Notes under the pieces: model-generated
Databases searched by the model: none
Told to the model about the DNA's origin: nothing
Seen by the model: only the letters and a program-made list of their open reading frames with translations
IMG/VR virus record: IMGVR_UViG_3300017971_000007
Direction: 5' to 3' (one strand)
DNA: 64,000 nucleotides
Source: a virus
Program-made: the position numbers and the translations under genes
Shown: positions 39,271 to 48,004 of the stretch, piece by piece
How positions within the stretch are numbered: the first letter of the stretch is position 1
Layout of the letters: each line of letters starts with the position of its first letter

Positions 39271-40350
39271 TTATGCAGCTCTGAGATATTTGGAGGCCAT
39301 AGCCTCTATTTCGTAGATCTTCTCGACATTTTCAGATTGTTGAGAGGCTCTGCTAATGGCTTGCAGGACCCCAAATTTCGTCGGGTCTGGTTCCTCTTTG
39401 TAGGCATCGATAGCGTGTTGAGTTAAGAGCTTGGTTTGTTTCTGAGCGCCCATGAACTTCCTGATTTCTTCCTCAGGGTCTTCTACTGTCAGATTTTTCA
39501 GCCCCCTTATTCTGAGGTATGTCTCCTCTATTCTCCTGTCTAGAAGAGACATACCAGCTTCCAGATAATCTTCGATATCACTGACATCTTTCGGTCTGTG
39601 CGTTAAATACACCAACCTATCGCTCTTTTCTGTGACAATTAACCCGTTGAGGCAGACTAGTCTAAGAAAACTGATACTGACGGTCAACGCCGAACATCCC
39701 ACTTCCGAGTTTCTGATATGATATCCAGGAAAGACCCAGTCCTTCTTCTTGCTATAGTCCTTGTTGAGGTTCCTGGGGTCTAGAATTGCGGTGTAATTCG
39801 ATGTCCGGTCGCCGTTTTCTAATCTTCCGAACCTGTTTGATATGAAATAGTGATCACTTGCCGAGCTTGGCAATTTCTCAAGAACTTCGAGATCGTCAAT
39901 CGGAGCATACTTTTTCCCTACAAACGCTCTGATTTCTCCGTTGGTACCGTTGACACAACGCGACGCATTGTGTTTAGTCCATTTCCACGCCCTAATTTTC
40001 TGCTCGACGGATCTCATTTTCATTCTAGTGGACAGCTCATCAACTGCTCTTTCTGGACCTATGTCATTGAACCATCTGTCCCATGTGAATCCGAACATCT
40101 TTCCGATTTGTTCTTTCGCTAATGGACTCATGGATAGCAATGAAGTAGTGGGAGTAGAGACAACAACATCATTGTTATCCATATCCGCCACTAAGGACAA
40201 GTCGGAGATATCCACGACCTCGTCTTCGAGATACGAATCTCTTATCGCGGCCACACTTTCTAGGACATCATCATATTTGGATATCTTCCTCGCTTTCTTC
40301 AGCAATTCCAGAGGGCTCTTTGAGCCCGACTTCTTCTGTTTCTCCTCCAT
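39271..40350 (-). CDS. DUF932-like protein
   Basis: IRNSEVG.SAL......RLVCLNGLI motif is characteristic of this phage family of proteins. Confidence 0.65.
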   Translation of the reverse strand: MEEKQKKSGSKSPLELLKKARKISKYDDVLESVAAIRDSYLEDEVVDISDLSLVADMDNNDVVVSTPTTSLLSMSPLAKEQIGKMFGFTWDRWFNDIGPERAVDELSTRMKMRSVEQKIRAWKWTKHNASRCVNGTNGEIRAFVGKKYAPIDDLEVLEKLPSSASDHYFISNRFGRLENGDRTSNYTAILDPRNLNKDYSKKKDWVFPGYHIRNSEVGCSALTVSISFLRLVCLNGLIVTEKSDRLVYLTHRPKDVSDIEDYLEAGMSLLDRRIEETYLRIRGLKNLTVEDPEEEIRKFMGAQKQTKLLTQHAIDAYKEEPDPTKFGVLQAISRASQQSENVEKIYEIEAMASKYLRAA

Positions 40351-40591
40351 TTAATCCTCCTGATAAGAAATTAGCGGCATCGGATTCCATTCTACGTATC
40401 AGCTCTTTCAATAGAGCTACGGTATTCTTTTTCATAAATGTGGGGCCGTTTAAATCGACACCGCCGAGAGCTACTCCATTTTCGGTAACGTACTTGAAAT
40501 TGGAAGCGACCGAATATATCGGTCCAGCTATCTTAATAGTAACCTCCCCTAGTGCCACGCCCTCGAACACGAACGTTCTGCATCTGATCAT
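40271..40591 (-). CDS. hypothetical protein
   Basis: 106 aa within the operon; overlaps both neighbours. Confidence 0.55.
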   Translation of the reverse strand: MIRCRTFVFEGVALGEVTIKIAGPIYSVASNFKYVTENGVALGGVDLNGPTFMKKNTVALLKELIRRMESDAANFLSGGLNGGETEEVGLKEPSGIAEESEEDIQI

Positions 40592-40913
40592 CTCCGTTTT
40601 CCTTTTTCTGCATACTTTCTTGTAGTTTTAGGCCGTTAGATAGCGAAAAATTATAGGCTAGCTTAGATGCCGTCAGGTTTGCTTTTTCGATTTGTTCGAA
40701 ATCTTGGGCACAACTCAGCGAGACTGAGCAAGTAGATTCGATTGTCTTGCCGTAGGAACCATCAGATACCCATTCCTTGAATCCGTGTGTAACGCACACA
40801 GAAGCTATGCCAGGTTCGACATCAACTTCGATAGTTTTTCTGGTTCTTCTGGTTCTTTTAGGCTTGTCTTTTGTGGACGCTTTCGCATCCACATTCGCTT
40901 TTCCCTTTATCAT
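40533..40913 (-). CDS. hypothetical protein
   Basis: 126 aa, coupled to the upstream gene by a TGATG overlap. Confidence 0.55.
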   Translation of the reverse strand: MIKGKANVDAKASTKDKPKRTRRTRKTIEVDVEPGIASVCVTHGFKEWVSDGSYGKTIESTCSVSLSCAQDFEQIEKANLTASKLAYNFSLSNGLKLQESMQKKENGDDQMQNVRVRGRGTRGGYY

Positions 40914-41383
40914 CAGATGCTAATCAACTTCGGGCATCCAGGAACCATGGATAGTACCTGTTTGCTCGGTACTTTCGCTTTGGATACGCTATCTGCTCTC
41001 ACCTCACCGAGCTCGATGAGGTGCTCCAATTCATCGACATTAACGACGTACGTTATTTTCTCTTCAGTACATCTTCTGAATGTCTTTCTATCTAGAACGC
41101 TTTTGAGGATACTCGGGTCCCATTTATATGTCGGACCCTTCTTTATGACTCCAAATCTTCCTACGTGAAGCTTACTGGCGTCTGAATCTGATAGAGAACT
41201 CTTGAGAGCTGTCTCTACCTGCTTTAAAGCGTCGTTCCTTTCTTCGACTAGTCGCCTGAGAGTTGAAGCGAAATCATCGTTCTCTTCCAGGAACTCGTTT
41301 AGTTCGCTGTCGGCTTCATCAAATTTTTTAACAGCTCTCTCAGTCAGATTCGGACTATTCTTTATTCTTTCTCTCTTCCTCAT
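40913..41383 (-). CDS. hypothetical coiled-coil protein (possibly Gam/gp157-like)
   Basis: N-terminal coiled coil, then a short beta-rich part; family call weak. Confidence 0.5.
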   Translation of the reverse strand: MRKRERIKNSPNLTERAVKKFDEADSELNEFLEENDDFASTLRRLVEERNDALKQVETALKSSLSDSDASKLHVGRFGVIKKGPTYKWDPSILKSVLDRKTFRRCTEEKITYVVNVDELEHLIELGEVRADSVSKAKVPSKQVLSMVPGCPKLISI

Positions 41384-42141
41384 TTAGGTAATCCTCCTTC
41401 TACTAAAAACAAGTCACTTTCTTTAAACTTTCGTTTTGGGATTTCAGTTCCGTAGTACTTGTTTTTCAATCTATCTAGCAAGTAGGCTGTTCGTTGAAAA
41501 GCTACATATTGCTTGTGCCACGGTCCGCCGTGGAAATGATCTCCGCTTCTAGCAAGGAATGCCGGATGATACATACACATCACTGGATATTTGATGTCCT
41601 TGACTCTCTTGTTGATCACACACTCATCTACGGTTCCTTGTATGTTGTGAATAGAACTCACAGCCTTCTTAGTAAGTTCTTTTATCGCCAACTTTCCCAA
41701 TCCTATTACCAAAAGTGGGTCGACGATATACAAGGCCTCCTCCCAAAGAGGCCTACACTCCCTTCGTTCTGCCGGGGTCGGGTCCCTGTTTTCTTCTCTT
41801 AATCTTCCTTTTTCGTTTTCGGTTTCTGAAAATGACCTACAAGAGACTAGGTTCGTGATGAAAGTATCTTCTCCCCGCTTTATATTGACTGAATCTAGAT
41901 ATTCGTTCAGTATATCCCCGCTTTCTCCTACGAATACTCTTCCTTTCTTGTCTTCCTCGACAGCAGGAGCGGTTCCCAATATGAAAATACTTGCATCTGG
42001 ATTCCCTTCCCCCATCGCCATGTTTCCAGAAAATCCATTCGTTCTCTTGTTCTTGCTTTCTCTGAGTTTTCCGAGCTCGCACCTTGTACAGCCCTTCCAT
42101 TCAGAGAACAAGCCCGATAACTCCTCGTATTTATCTCTCAT
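41380..42141 (-). CDS. udg: family-4 uracil-DNA glycosylase (Fe-S type)
   Basis: CTRCEL, GEGNPDA, GTAP..EED..G..FVGESG, TNLVSCR, NRDP...C, YHPAFLAR. Confidence 0.9.
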   Translation of the reverse strand: MRDKYEELSGLFSEWKGCTRCELGKLRESKNKRTNGFSGNMAMGEGNPDASIFILGTAPAVEEDKKGRVFVGESGDILNEYLDSVNIKRGEDTFITNLVSCRSFSETENEKGRLREENRDPTPAERRECRPLWEEALYIVDPLLVIGLGKLAIKELTKKAVSSIHNIQGTVDECVINKRVKDIKYPVMCMYHPAFLARSGDHFHGGPWHKQYVAFQRTAYLLDRLKNKYYGTEIPKRKFKESDLFLVEGGLPK

Positions 42142-43652
42142 CTCATCCCTGATATGTCCTTGAATTTATAAGGGCCTCCCTCATCGGCAGGCCATTTTCT
42201 CAATTGTCTACGGAGCTGATTGCACATTTTGTGGAATTGGAAAATGAGAACATCGTCGTAAATTATAACCAATGGCTTTTTCATGCCTTCTTCGAATCTG
42301 TATCCTTGGATTCTTCCCATACCCTGTTGAAGGGCGTTCTTTCCTCCATCTGGATGACTCGACCCAAATGGAGTCATCCAAACAAGTGTATCTAAGCTCT
42401 TTTCATCGATAGCCTCTGTGACTAGTTGGTGGGTTCCAAATACAAGTCTCTTATCCCGAAGAGCGGCCCATCTTTGCTCCACGTCAGTAATATCACCAGT
42501 ACATATACCTACATCCATGTTTTCAGCTAGGGCTATTTCGTACATGATGTTCAATTGCTTCTTGCTGTGACTGAGAGCTAGAATTTTTCTTCCTTTGCTC
42601 AATATCTTCTTCAGCTCTTCTAAGAGATATGCGTTTCTTCCGGCCATTCCCCCGACATAGGTTCTCATCTTTCCTATATTCACCTCGCCTCTTTTATCGA
42701 TTATGTTTTCCTTGAAATCTTCAGGCGGTATAGGAAAGTGGATTTTTTTGAACGCTATCTCTGTGTCAACATCCTGCATCAAATTTTTATGGAATACAGG
42801 ACCTATGTGGTTCTTATACACTACCTCTGTCCCGTCTTCCCTGTTTACTGTGGCCGTGAGTCCGTATCTTCTGCCCAGAAACATGGTCGCGGTGATACAA
42901 AAATGAGGAGCACTGAGATGATGAATCTCATCCCAAACAACGACCCCGAACCACCGTCTCATGTCCGGTGTTACAGCATCTGGATTGTTGGCCAAAGTCT
43001 GCAGAGTAGCTAAAGTAATAGGATGTCTCCAGTCCCATTTTGATGGATTGCCTTGTATTATCCCTATCTCTCCGTCAAATTTAAGGAATTCAGATATAAA
43101 TCCATTCCATTGATTCAGAATCGTCTTCTGGTTGACGACTATCAATGTATTCATTCCGAATTTGGCGATAGCATGAAGGGTAATACAAGATTTTCCTTTC
43201 CCACACGAGATATTCAATATCCCATTTCTGTGGGATATGAACTCCTCATATGCTTTTCTTTGGTCATCTTTCTGCTGATTCAGGAAATCAAGAATCAGCG
43301 AACTCTCGAATTTGACTTTCGGAAAATCCCTGTCATCTGGAATCAGATTTACGGTTTGGAAAGGCAGTCTGTTGATATCGATGAATTCTCTGGGAACCCC
43401 TATGTGGTGCGGAGACAATTCCCATAGTTTTAGGGTCTGCTGTCCATCCGGCCCAGGCACAACGAACTCTAAGGCAGACTTTATGGCCAAGGTATTCACT
43501 TTTCTGATAGGCAACCACAGAAGAGTTCCTAGATACGCCTTATCAGGTTCCCTTATATAGAATCTGTATTGACCGAGCATATGGTCTATTACTAGTTTTT
43601 CCTTCGCCATTATTCCTGTTCCATTAGTTGATGATGGGCCAAGGAGGCCCAT
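42138..43652 (-). CDS. superfamily 2 helicase (UvsW/XPB-like)
   Basis: CGKGKS, WDEIHH, GLTAT..REDG, QGMGRI. Confidence 0.9.
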   Translation of the reverse strand: MGLLGPSSTNGTGIMAKEKLVIDHMLGQYRFYIREPDKAYLGTLLWLPIRKVNTLAIKSALEFVVPGPDGQQTLKLWELSPHHIGVPREFIDINRLPFQTVNLIPDDRDFPKVKFESSLILDFLNQQKDDQRKAYEEFISHRNGILNISCGKGKSCITLHAIAKFGMNTLIVVNQKTILNQWNGFISEFLKFDGEIGIIQGNPSKWDWRHPITLATLQTLANNPDAVTPDMRRWFGVVVWDEIHHLSAPHFCITATMFLGRRYGLTATVNREDGTEVVYKNHIGPVFHKNLMQDVDTEIAFKKIHFPIPPEDFKENIIDKRGEVNIGKMRTYVGGMAGRNAYLLEELKKILSKGRKILALSHSKKQLNIMYEIALAENMDVGICTGDITDVEQRWAALRDKRLVFGTHQLVTEAIDEKSLDTLVWMTPFGSSHPDGGKNALQQGMGRIQGYRFEEGMKKPLVIIYDDVLIFQFHKMCNQLRRQLRKWPADEGGPYKFKDISGMR

Positions 43653-43661
43653 CTAAAAACA

Positions 43662-44033
43662 CTAGAATCTAAATCTGCAGAAGAATCTATACATCTCGTA
43701 CGCCATCCCTCTGCAGGCTCCTGTTAGCGAATCTTTACAAAATCTTTCAAAAGCTGATTCTCCTTCTCTTATTACTCCTGTTGGAGTTTCACCGACAGGC
43801 TCGACATATCTACTCTCCTTTACCGGAATCCCAAGTGGGCTCCCAAGCGAACTTCCAATTGATCTTCCAATTGAACTCCTCATCGGTCTTTGATTTTCGA
43901 TTTCATCACTGCACTGGTCCGCATATTCGCAGTCCAGACATTCCCCACTTTCAGAGTTGTGCTGTGACTGTCGACCGAAGCATGATGGAACTCGCGATTC
44001 CCGCTGCTTCCACCTATCTCCGTATCTTCCCAT
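43662..44033 (-). CDS. Cys-rich hypothetical protein, first gene of the replication operon
   Basis: PSCFG...CLDC....C; AAAGGAG RBS. Confidence 0.65.
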   Translation of the reverse strand: MGRYGDRWKQRESRVPSCFGRQSQHNSESGECLDCEYADQCSDEIENQRPMRSSIGRSIGSSLGSPLGIPVKESRYVEPVGETPTGVIREGESAFERFCKDSLTGACRGMAYEMYRFFCRFRF

Positions 44034-44069
44034 TTACTCTCCTTTCATATTAGGTTGATATTCATGTTA

Positions 44070-44096
44070 CTTATACCGAAGGACCGATATCTTTTG
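44070..44096 (-). promoter_or_regulatory. candidate phage-specific promoter CAAAA-N11-TTCGGTATAAG for the replication operon
   Basis: Identical 11-mer (plus strand cttataccgaa) and similarly spaced ttttg also found at 50597-50624; both sit just upstream of leftward RBS/start codons. Confidence 0.65.
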
Positions 44097-44101
44097 CTTT
44101 G

Positions 44102-44131
44102 TTGACCGTATACTTAGGCGTAGCTTAAGAT
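44102..44131 (+). promoter_or_regulatory. sigma70-like promoter candidate TTGACC-N18-TAAGAT
   Basis: Upstream of the 44159 ORF in the divergent intergenic region. Confidence 0.4.
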
Positions 44132-44158
44132 AAACTAAGATGATTTCGGAGCGAAGAA

Positions 44159-45631
44159 ATGAATTTGGATTTTTATGATGACGAAAACGGGACTATTCTG
44201 AAGTCTAAAATAGCATCTTTGGAAAAGATTCCCGAGTTCATAAAATCAGCAGAAAAATTGGATAAGGAATCCCTGAATAAATTGCCGGATGATGTATTCG
44301 CCTTAGTGGCTAGAAACGGCAATACGACATTCAGAAAATATGCCTGTGTGGATAGAGGAAATACGGCCCTATCAGTTCTCTATTTCATGGAGAATAGGGA
44401 CAGATTACCTCTTGAAGCGCAGAAAACTGCGGCCGCGAATCTACTAACTGCGTGCAGTTGGTATGATATACAGCCTCCCTTAGAGCTCCAAAAATTGGCG
44501 TTCGTAGGGAAAATGATTGGAGCGGCGACTCTTCTTGGAGGAATTCCAGAAGCAAGTAAGAAGTTCAAGATGCAGAAGCAGATGCTTAATGCTGGTGTTC
44601 CTGGAAGAGAGGTAATGAAAGCCAGTGAAGTTAGTGGTACCGATGCCATGCCTTACAGCAGAGAAGTATCAAAGAAAGCTGGAGCCAGGTGGAAGGCTTT
44701 TAAAGAAGGATTCGATATCGCAAGAGAGGCTAGAGGAGCTATCAAGGGTTTAGGAAAGACAACAAAAGAATTCGGACAGGAATCTTTGAAGGGAGAACCG
44801 CTGGCAGCCTTAGGACATAGAATCGGATATCTGGCCCCGAAAGCAGCAAAAGCTGTTGCAGGTACGGCTGCACTCGGAACCGCTTACAAAGTCGGTAAGA
44901 AGAAGGGTGAGTCCTCAAAAACAGCCAGCATGAATCCGCATATCGACATAACTGGATTAGAACCAGCTCCAAAATTTGTCAAAGAAAGCGGTTCAATTTA
45001 CTGCCTCACCAGAAACGGGAAACCTTCGTATCCGATTAATACGAAGGAGCAGGTGAAGAAAGCCAATGCCTACTTTATGGAATATAAGGACGACTTCACT
45101 CCATTCGAGAGACACCAGTATTGCGTAAAACTAGCTTCTAGAGCTAAGTCTCTGGATGTCCCCGTGGATAAGTTGGTTGAAAAATACGGTTCCAAATCCT
45201 ACGCAACTGATGCTGGAATCGCTATCTACTCCAGACAGAGATTATTTCGAGAAGGAACGTCAGAACGTTCTCTACTGGAAGAGATGAGAGATAAATACGC
45301 TTCGGTAAATCCAGAGGTAATGGCCACTGCTCTAGAAAAATTTGACAGAGAGAATAATTTAGATTTGATGTGGGGTAGAGATATCGAAGATCCGTATCTC
45401 AGTTTGTTCGGAATGACGAAGGAAGCAGAGTACAGTTTCGTGGACAGAAACAGGATTGTGTCAGCTAGCAGGCTACAGAGATGTGCAAAAGAACAGAGAG
45501 ATGGTTTAATTGATTTGTTCGGGGAAGATTTCGCAAATGAGTTTGCGGAAGACCCTGTTGGAATTTTTGAGTCAATGCCTTTAGATAAGAAGCGGATAAT
45601 CATGAATTTGGCCGCTTCTGTCGAACAGTAG
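44159..45631 (+). CDS. probable head-associated multidomain protein / polyprotein with many K-x-A/S sites
   Basis: Two related modules (LPDDVFALV...RKYACVD...ALS..YF and SYPINTKEQVKKANAYF) flank basic amphipathic segments bounded by LQKLA, VMKAS, SKKAG, SKTAS. Confidence 0.55.
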   Translation: MNLDFYDDENGTILKSKIASLEKIPEFIKSAEKLDKESLNKLPDDVFALVARNGNTTFRKYACVDRGNTALSVLYFMENRDRLPLEAQKTAAANLLTACSWYDIQPPLELQKLAFVGKMIGAATLLGGIPEASKKFKMQKQMLNAGVPGREVMKASEVSGTDAMPYSREVSKKAGARWKAFKEGFDIAREARGAIKGLGKTTKEFGQESLKGEPLAALGHRIGYLAPKAAKAVAGTAALGTAYKVGKKKGESSKTASMNPHIDITGLEPAPKFVKESGSIYCLTRNGKPSYPINTKEQVKKANAYFMEYKDDFTPFERHQYCVKLASRAKSLDVPVDKLVEKYGSKSYATDAGIAIYSRQRLFREGTSERSLLEEMRDKYASVNPEVMATALEKFDRENNLDLMWGRDIEDPYLSLFGMTKEAEYSFVDRNRIVSASRLQRCAKEQRDGLIDLFGEDFANEFAEDPVGIFESMPLDKKRIIMNLAASVEQ

Positions 45632-45639
45632 GAGAAACA

Positions 45640-46389
45640 ATGGCAAAAGAGAGTAAAGCGTTTGGTTCGCAGAGGGCCAAGAAGGCACACCTCCTTCGAG
45701 GAAGTGGCGGGCTTCAAGCGGAAATATCGGACCTGAGATCAGATGTCGAAGAAGGATTCCAGAACTTCGAAGAGAGGGCCGGATTTCCAGAGCTTGATTA
45801 TCATGATCTGTCCGATGGGGCCGTGGCCGCAGCCGGCGGGGACATAACATTAGTCGGAAGAAATCTTCTCCAAGACCAGACTTTCGATAGTGTGAATGTC
45901 GTTGAAGGTGCGGCAGACCTCCTGATTGAAGCCTTGAAACCTGGAGATAGCGAGATTCGGGTAATTTTCGAAACCGGTGCAGGAGCGCTGGCGGTTGACC
46001 TTACCGACGGTCTTCTAACCATCACGCTCCCGGTTGCAGGGACGGACACTGTAGCAAATATCGCGACCGCGATTAATGCCGATGCCGCAAACTGTAACGG
46101 TATTCTTCGTGCCAACGAAGACGGAGCAGGTTCCTTGACCCAAGCCGGTGTTGGGGCGGCCGAAATCCCCCTTACCGGCGGTGTGGGTTCGTATGCGGAT
46201 AACAAGGTTATGGTGGGAGGAAAAGAGGCGCTTCCGCAGAATGAGACCGGCGCAACCAGTACCGCAAAGTGGACCGATACATCAGTAAAGGTGACCACTC
46301 AGGCGGTAGGGGCAGCTGGGGATCATGCTCAAATCACCATCGCCTCAGATGGAACTCGGACCGATGCTTTAACAGCAGTGCTGACGTAA
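45640..46389 (+). CDS. virion decoration-type protein (split IPT/TIG-like domain with inserted beta-domain)
   Basis: GGDITLVGRNL ... KVMVGGKEA...WTDTSVKVT; AGGAG RBS; Ala/Gly/Thr-rich. Confidence 0.5.
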   Translation: MAKESKAFGSQRAKKAHLLRGSGGLQAEISDLRSDVEEGFQNFEERAGFPELDYHDLSDGAVAAAGGDITLVGRNLLQDQTFDSVNVVEGAADLLIEALKPGDSEIRVIFETGAGALAVDLTDGLLTITLPVAGTDTVANIATAINADAANCNGILRANEDGAGSLTQAGVGAAEIPLTGGVGSYADNKVMVGGKEALPQNETGATSTAKWTDTSVKVTTQAVGAAGDHAQITIASDGTRTDALTAVLT

Positions 46390-46396
46390 ATTTTTC

Positions 46397-47203
46397 ATGG
46401 CTACTGATTATAAATCAGCTCTTCGGGACCTTCTTGAAAGTAGTGGAGGAGAATATGGGATAGCAGATTCGAGTGACGAAACTGCTGACCATATCGAGAC
46501 TACTGAAGAAGGCCCGAAGAGCAAGCCTGAAATAGAGGCTAAAAAAACCAAACCATTCTCCAAAAAGAACATGTTCGTTCATCACGATACCCATCCTATC
46601 CTCTTGGACATGATTCTCTTGGAAAAATATGAATTATCTTGGTTTGACTGGGAGCCAGAGACCGTATGGAGGTCTATCATGAAAGACTTCCAGACTTCTT
46701 CTATAAGCGATCATGTAAAGAGCAAAATTCAGGCTGTAAGGACTACACATATTACTGATTTGTCTTTCACGAGATGGGAAACATTCTCTGTCATAACTCA
46801 GGCTCTGAACAATAATATTCCTGATTTCGAGGTCATGCGCAGACCGACAATATCACAACTATTCACCGCCGTGGATATGATGGAGTCCATCAGAAACGAT
46901 GTTCCATTTTCCGAAGAAGTAGGTCTTTGGTGTGCCGCTGCTATGATAGACGCGGGAGTCATTTGTGCTCCACAACCACTAGCTTTCTGCCAGGAGTATA
47001 TCCTGGAAATTCAGAAAAATAGGGGGAATCCAGTCAATCCAGATCCAGTCAAAGAAAAGTATCGCTACTATCTGTCTACTCCCAAGGAAGAAGTGAGATT
47101 GGAAGAAACTGATGTGGATATTCAGACAGCAAAACTTATTATAGCTAGAGATTATATGACTCTTAGGAGACAGCAGCTTAGCGAACAATTAAAAATCCTA
47201 TAG
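46397..47203 (+). CDS. hypothetical protein (head region)
   Basis: 268 aa globular ORF in the operon upstream of the portal. Confidence 0.65.
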   Translation: MATDYKSALRDLLESSGGEYGIADSSDETADHIETTEEGPKSKPEIEAKKTKPFSKKNMFVHHDTHPILLDMILLEKYELSWFDWEPETVWRSIMKDFQTSSISDHVKSKIQAVRTTHITDLSFTRWETFSVITQALNNNIPDFEVMRRPTISQLFTAVDMMESIRNDVPFSEEVGLWCAAAMIDAGVICAPQPLAFCQEYILEIQKNRGNPVNPDPVKEKYRYYLSTPKEEVRLEETDVDIQTAKLIIARDYMTLRRQQLSEQLKIL

Positions 47204-47211
47204 GAGCTTTC

Positions 47212-48003
47212 ATGGATGCGCTTGTTTATATTTCCTGCTCTGAGGAATTAGAGAAAACGGCTGGTCCTATTCTAAATAGGATATGGAAATCTGGATTAGG
47301 TAGGGCAGGAGTCGGAGCTCTTGGAGGAGCAGCTGCGGGGGCGCTAGCATCCCCAGAAGATAGATTAAAGGGGGCTGTTAGAGGTGGAGCTCTGGGAGCA
47401 GGACTCGGGTATGCATCTCCGCTCCTAACGGCCGCAGGCAGGAAGGGATTTGGAGAAAGAGTGAAAGATATATATCAGGCCCAAGTTCACGGTCTAACAG
47501 GTCGTGGAAGCATGCCGAAACGTGGATTAAAAGGCAAAGACTTGGAAAGGCTTGAGAGACTGGAAAATGCTGGTCTCACTAATATCCCTGGGGTTATGAA
47601 AGCCATTCGAAAGAATCCGAAACAGACGATTAAAGCTCTATATGATGATATGGGGACTTTGGGGAAGGGTATGATGGCTCTGGATTTGGCATCGCAGGCG
47701 CACAACGTAGCAACAAATCCAGAGGCTAGGACAGGAGAGAGTGTTGGCGGGGCACTAGGAAGTACGGTTGGGTATGCGTTGGGAGGAGCTCTTCCGTTCT
47801 CATCCAGCTCATTGCTAGGTGCAGCAGGAGGGACTGCCGGAAAGTTGGTAGGGAGGGGGATAGGAAAATTAGTCGGCAGCAAAGAGAGCAAAGATTTATC
47901 CCTTAAACCGATCCAGAAATTTGAATCAGTTAGGCGGCTCGGGGAAAATGCATTACCGGTTAGTCGAGTATCGGCTCCATATCTAAGAATGAGCGGAGAA
48001 TGA
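47212..48003 (+). CDS. basic glycine-zipper protein with EELEKTA leader
   Basis: SCSEELEKTAG, then GxxxG arrays (GLGRAGVGALGGAAAGA, GGALGAGLG, GGALGSTVGYALGG). Confidence 0.65.
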   Translation: MDALVYISCSEELEKTAGPILNRIWKSGLGRAGVGALGGAAAGALASPEDRLKGAVRGGALGAGLGYASPLLTAAGRKGFGERVKDIYQAQVHGLTGRGSMPKRGLKGKDLERLERLENAGLTNIPGVMKAIRKNPKQTIKALYDDMGTLGKGMMALDLASQAHNVATNPEARTGESVGGALGSTVGYALGGALPFSSSSLLGAAGGTAGKLVGRGIGKLVGSKESKDLSLKPIQKFESVRRLGENALPVSRVSAPYLRMSGE

Positions 48004-48004
48004 G

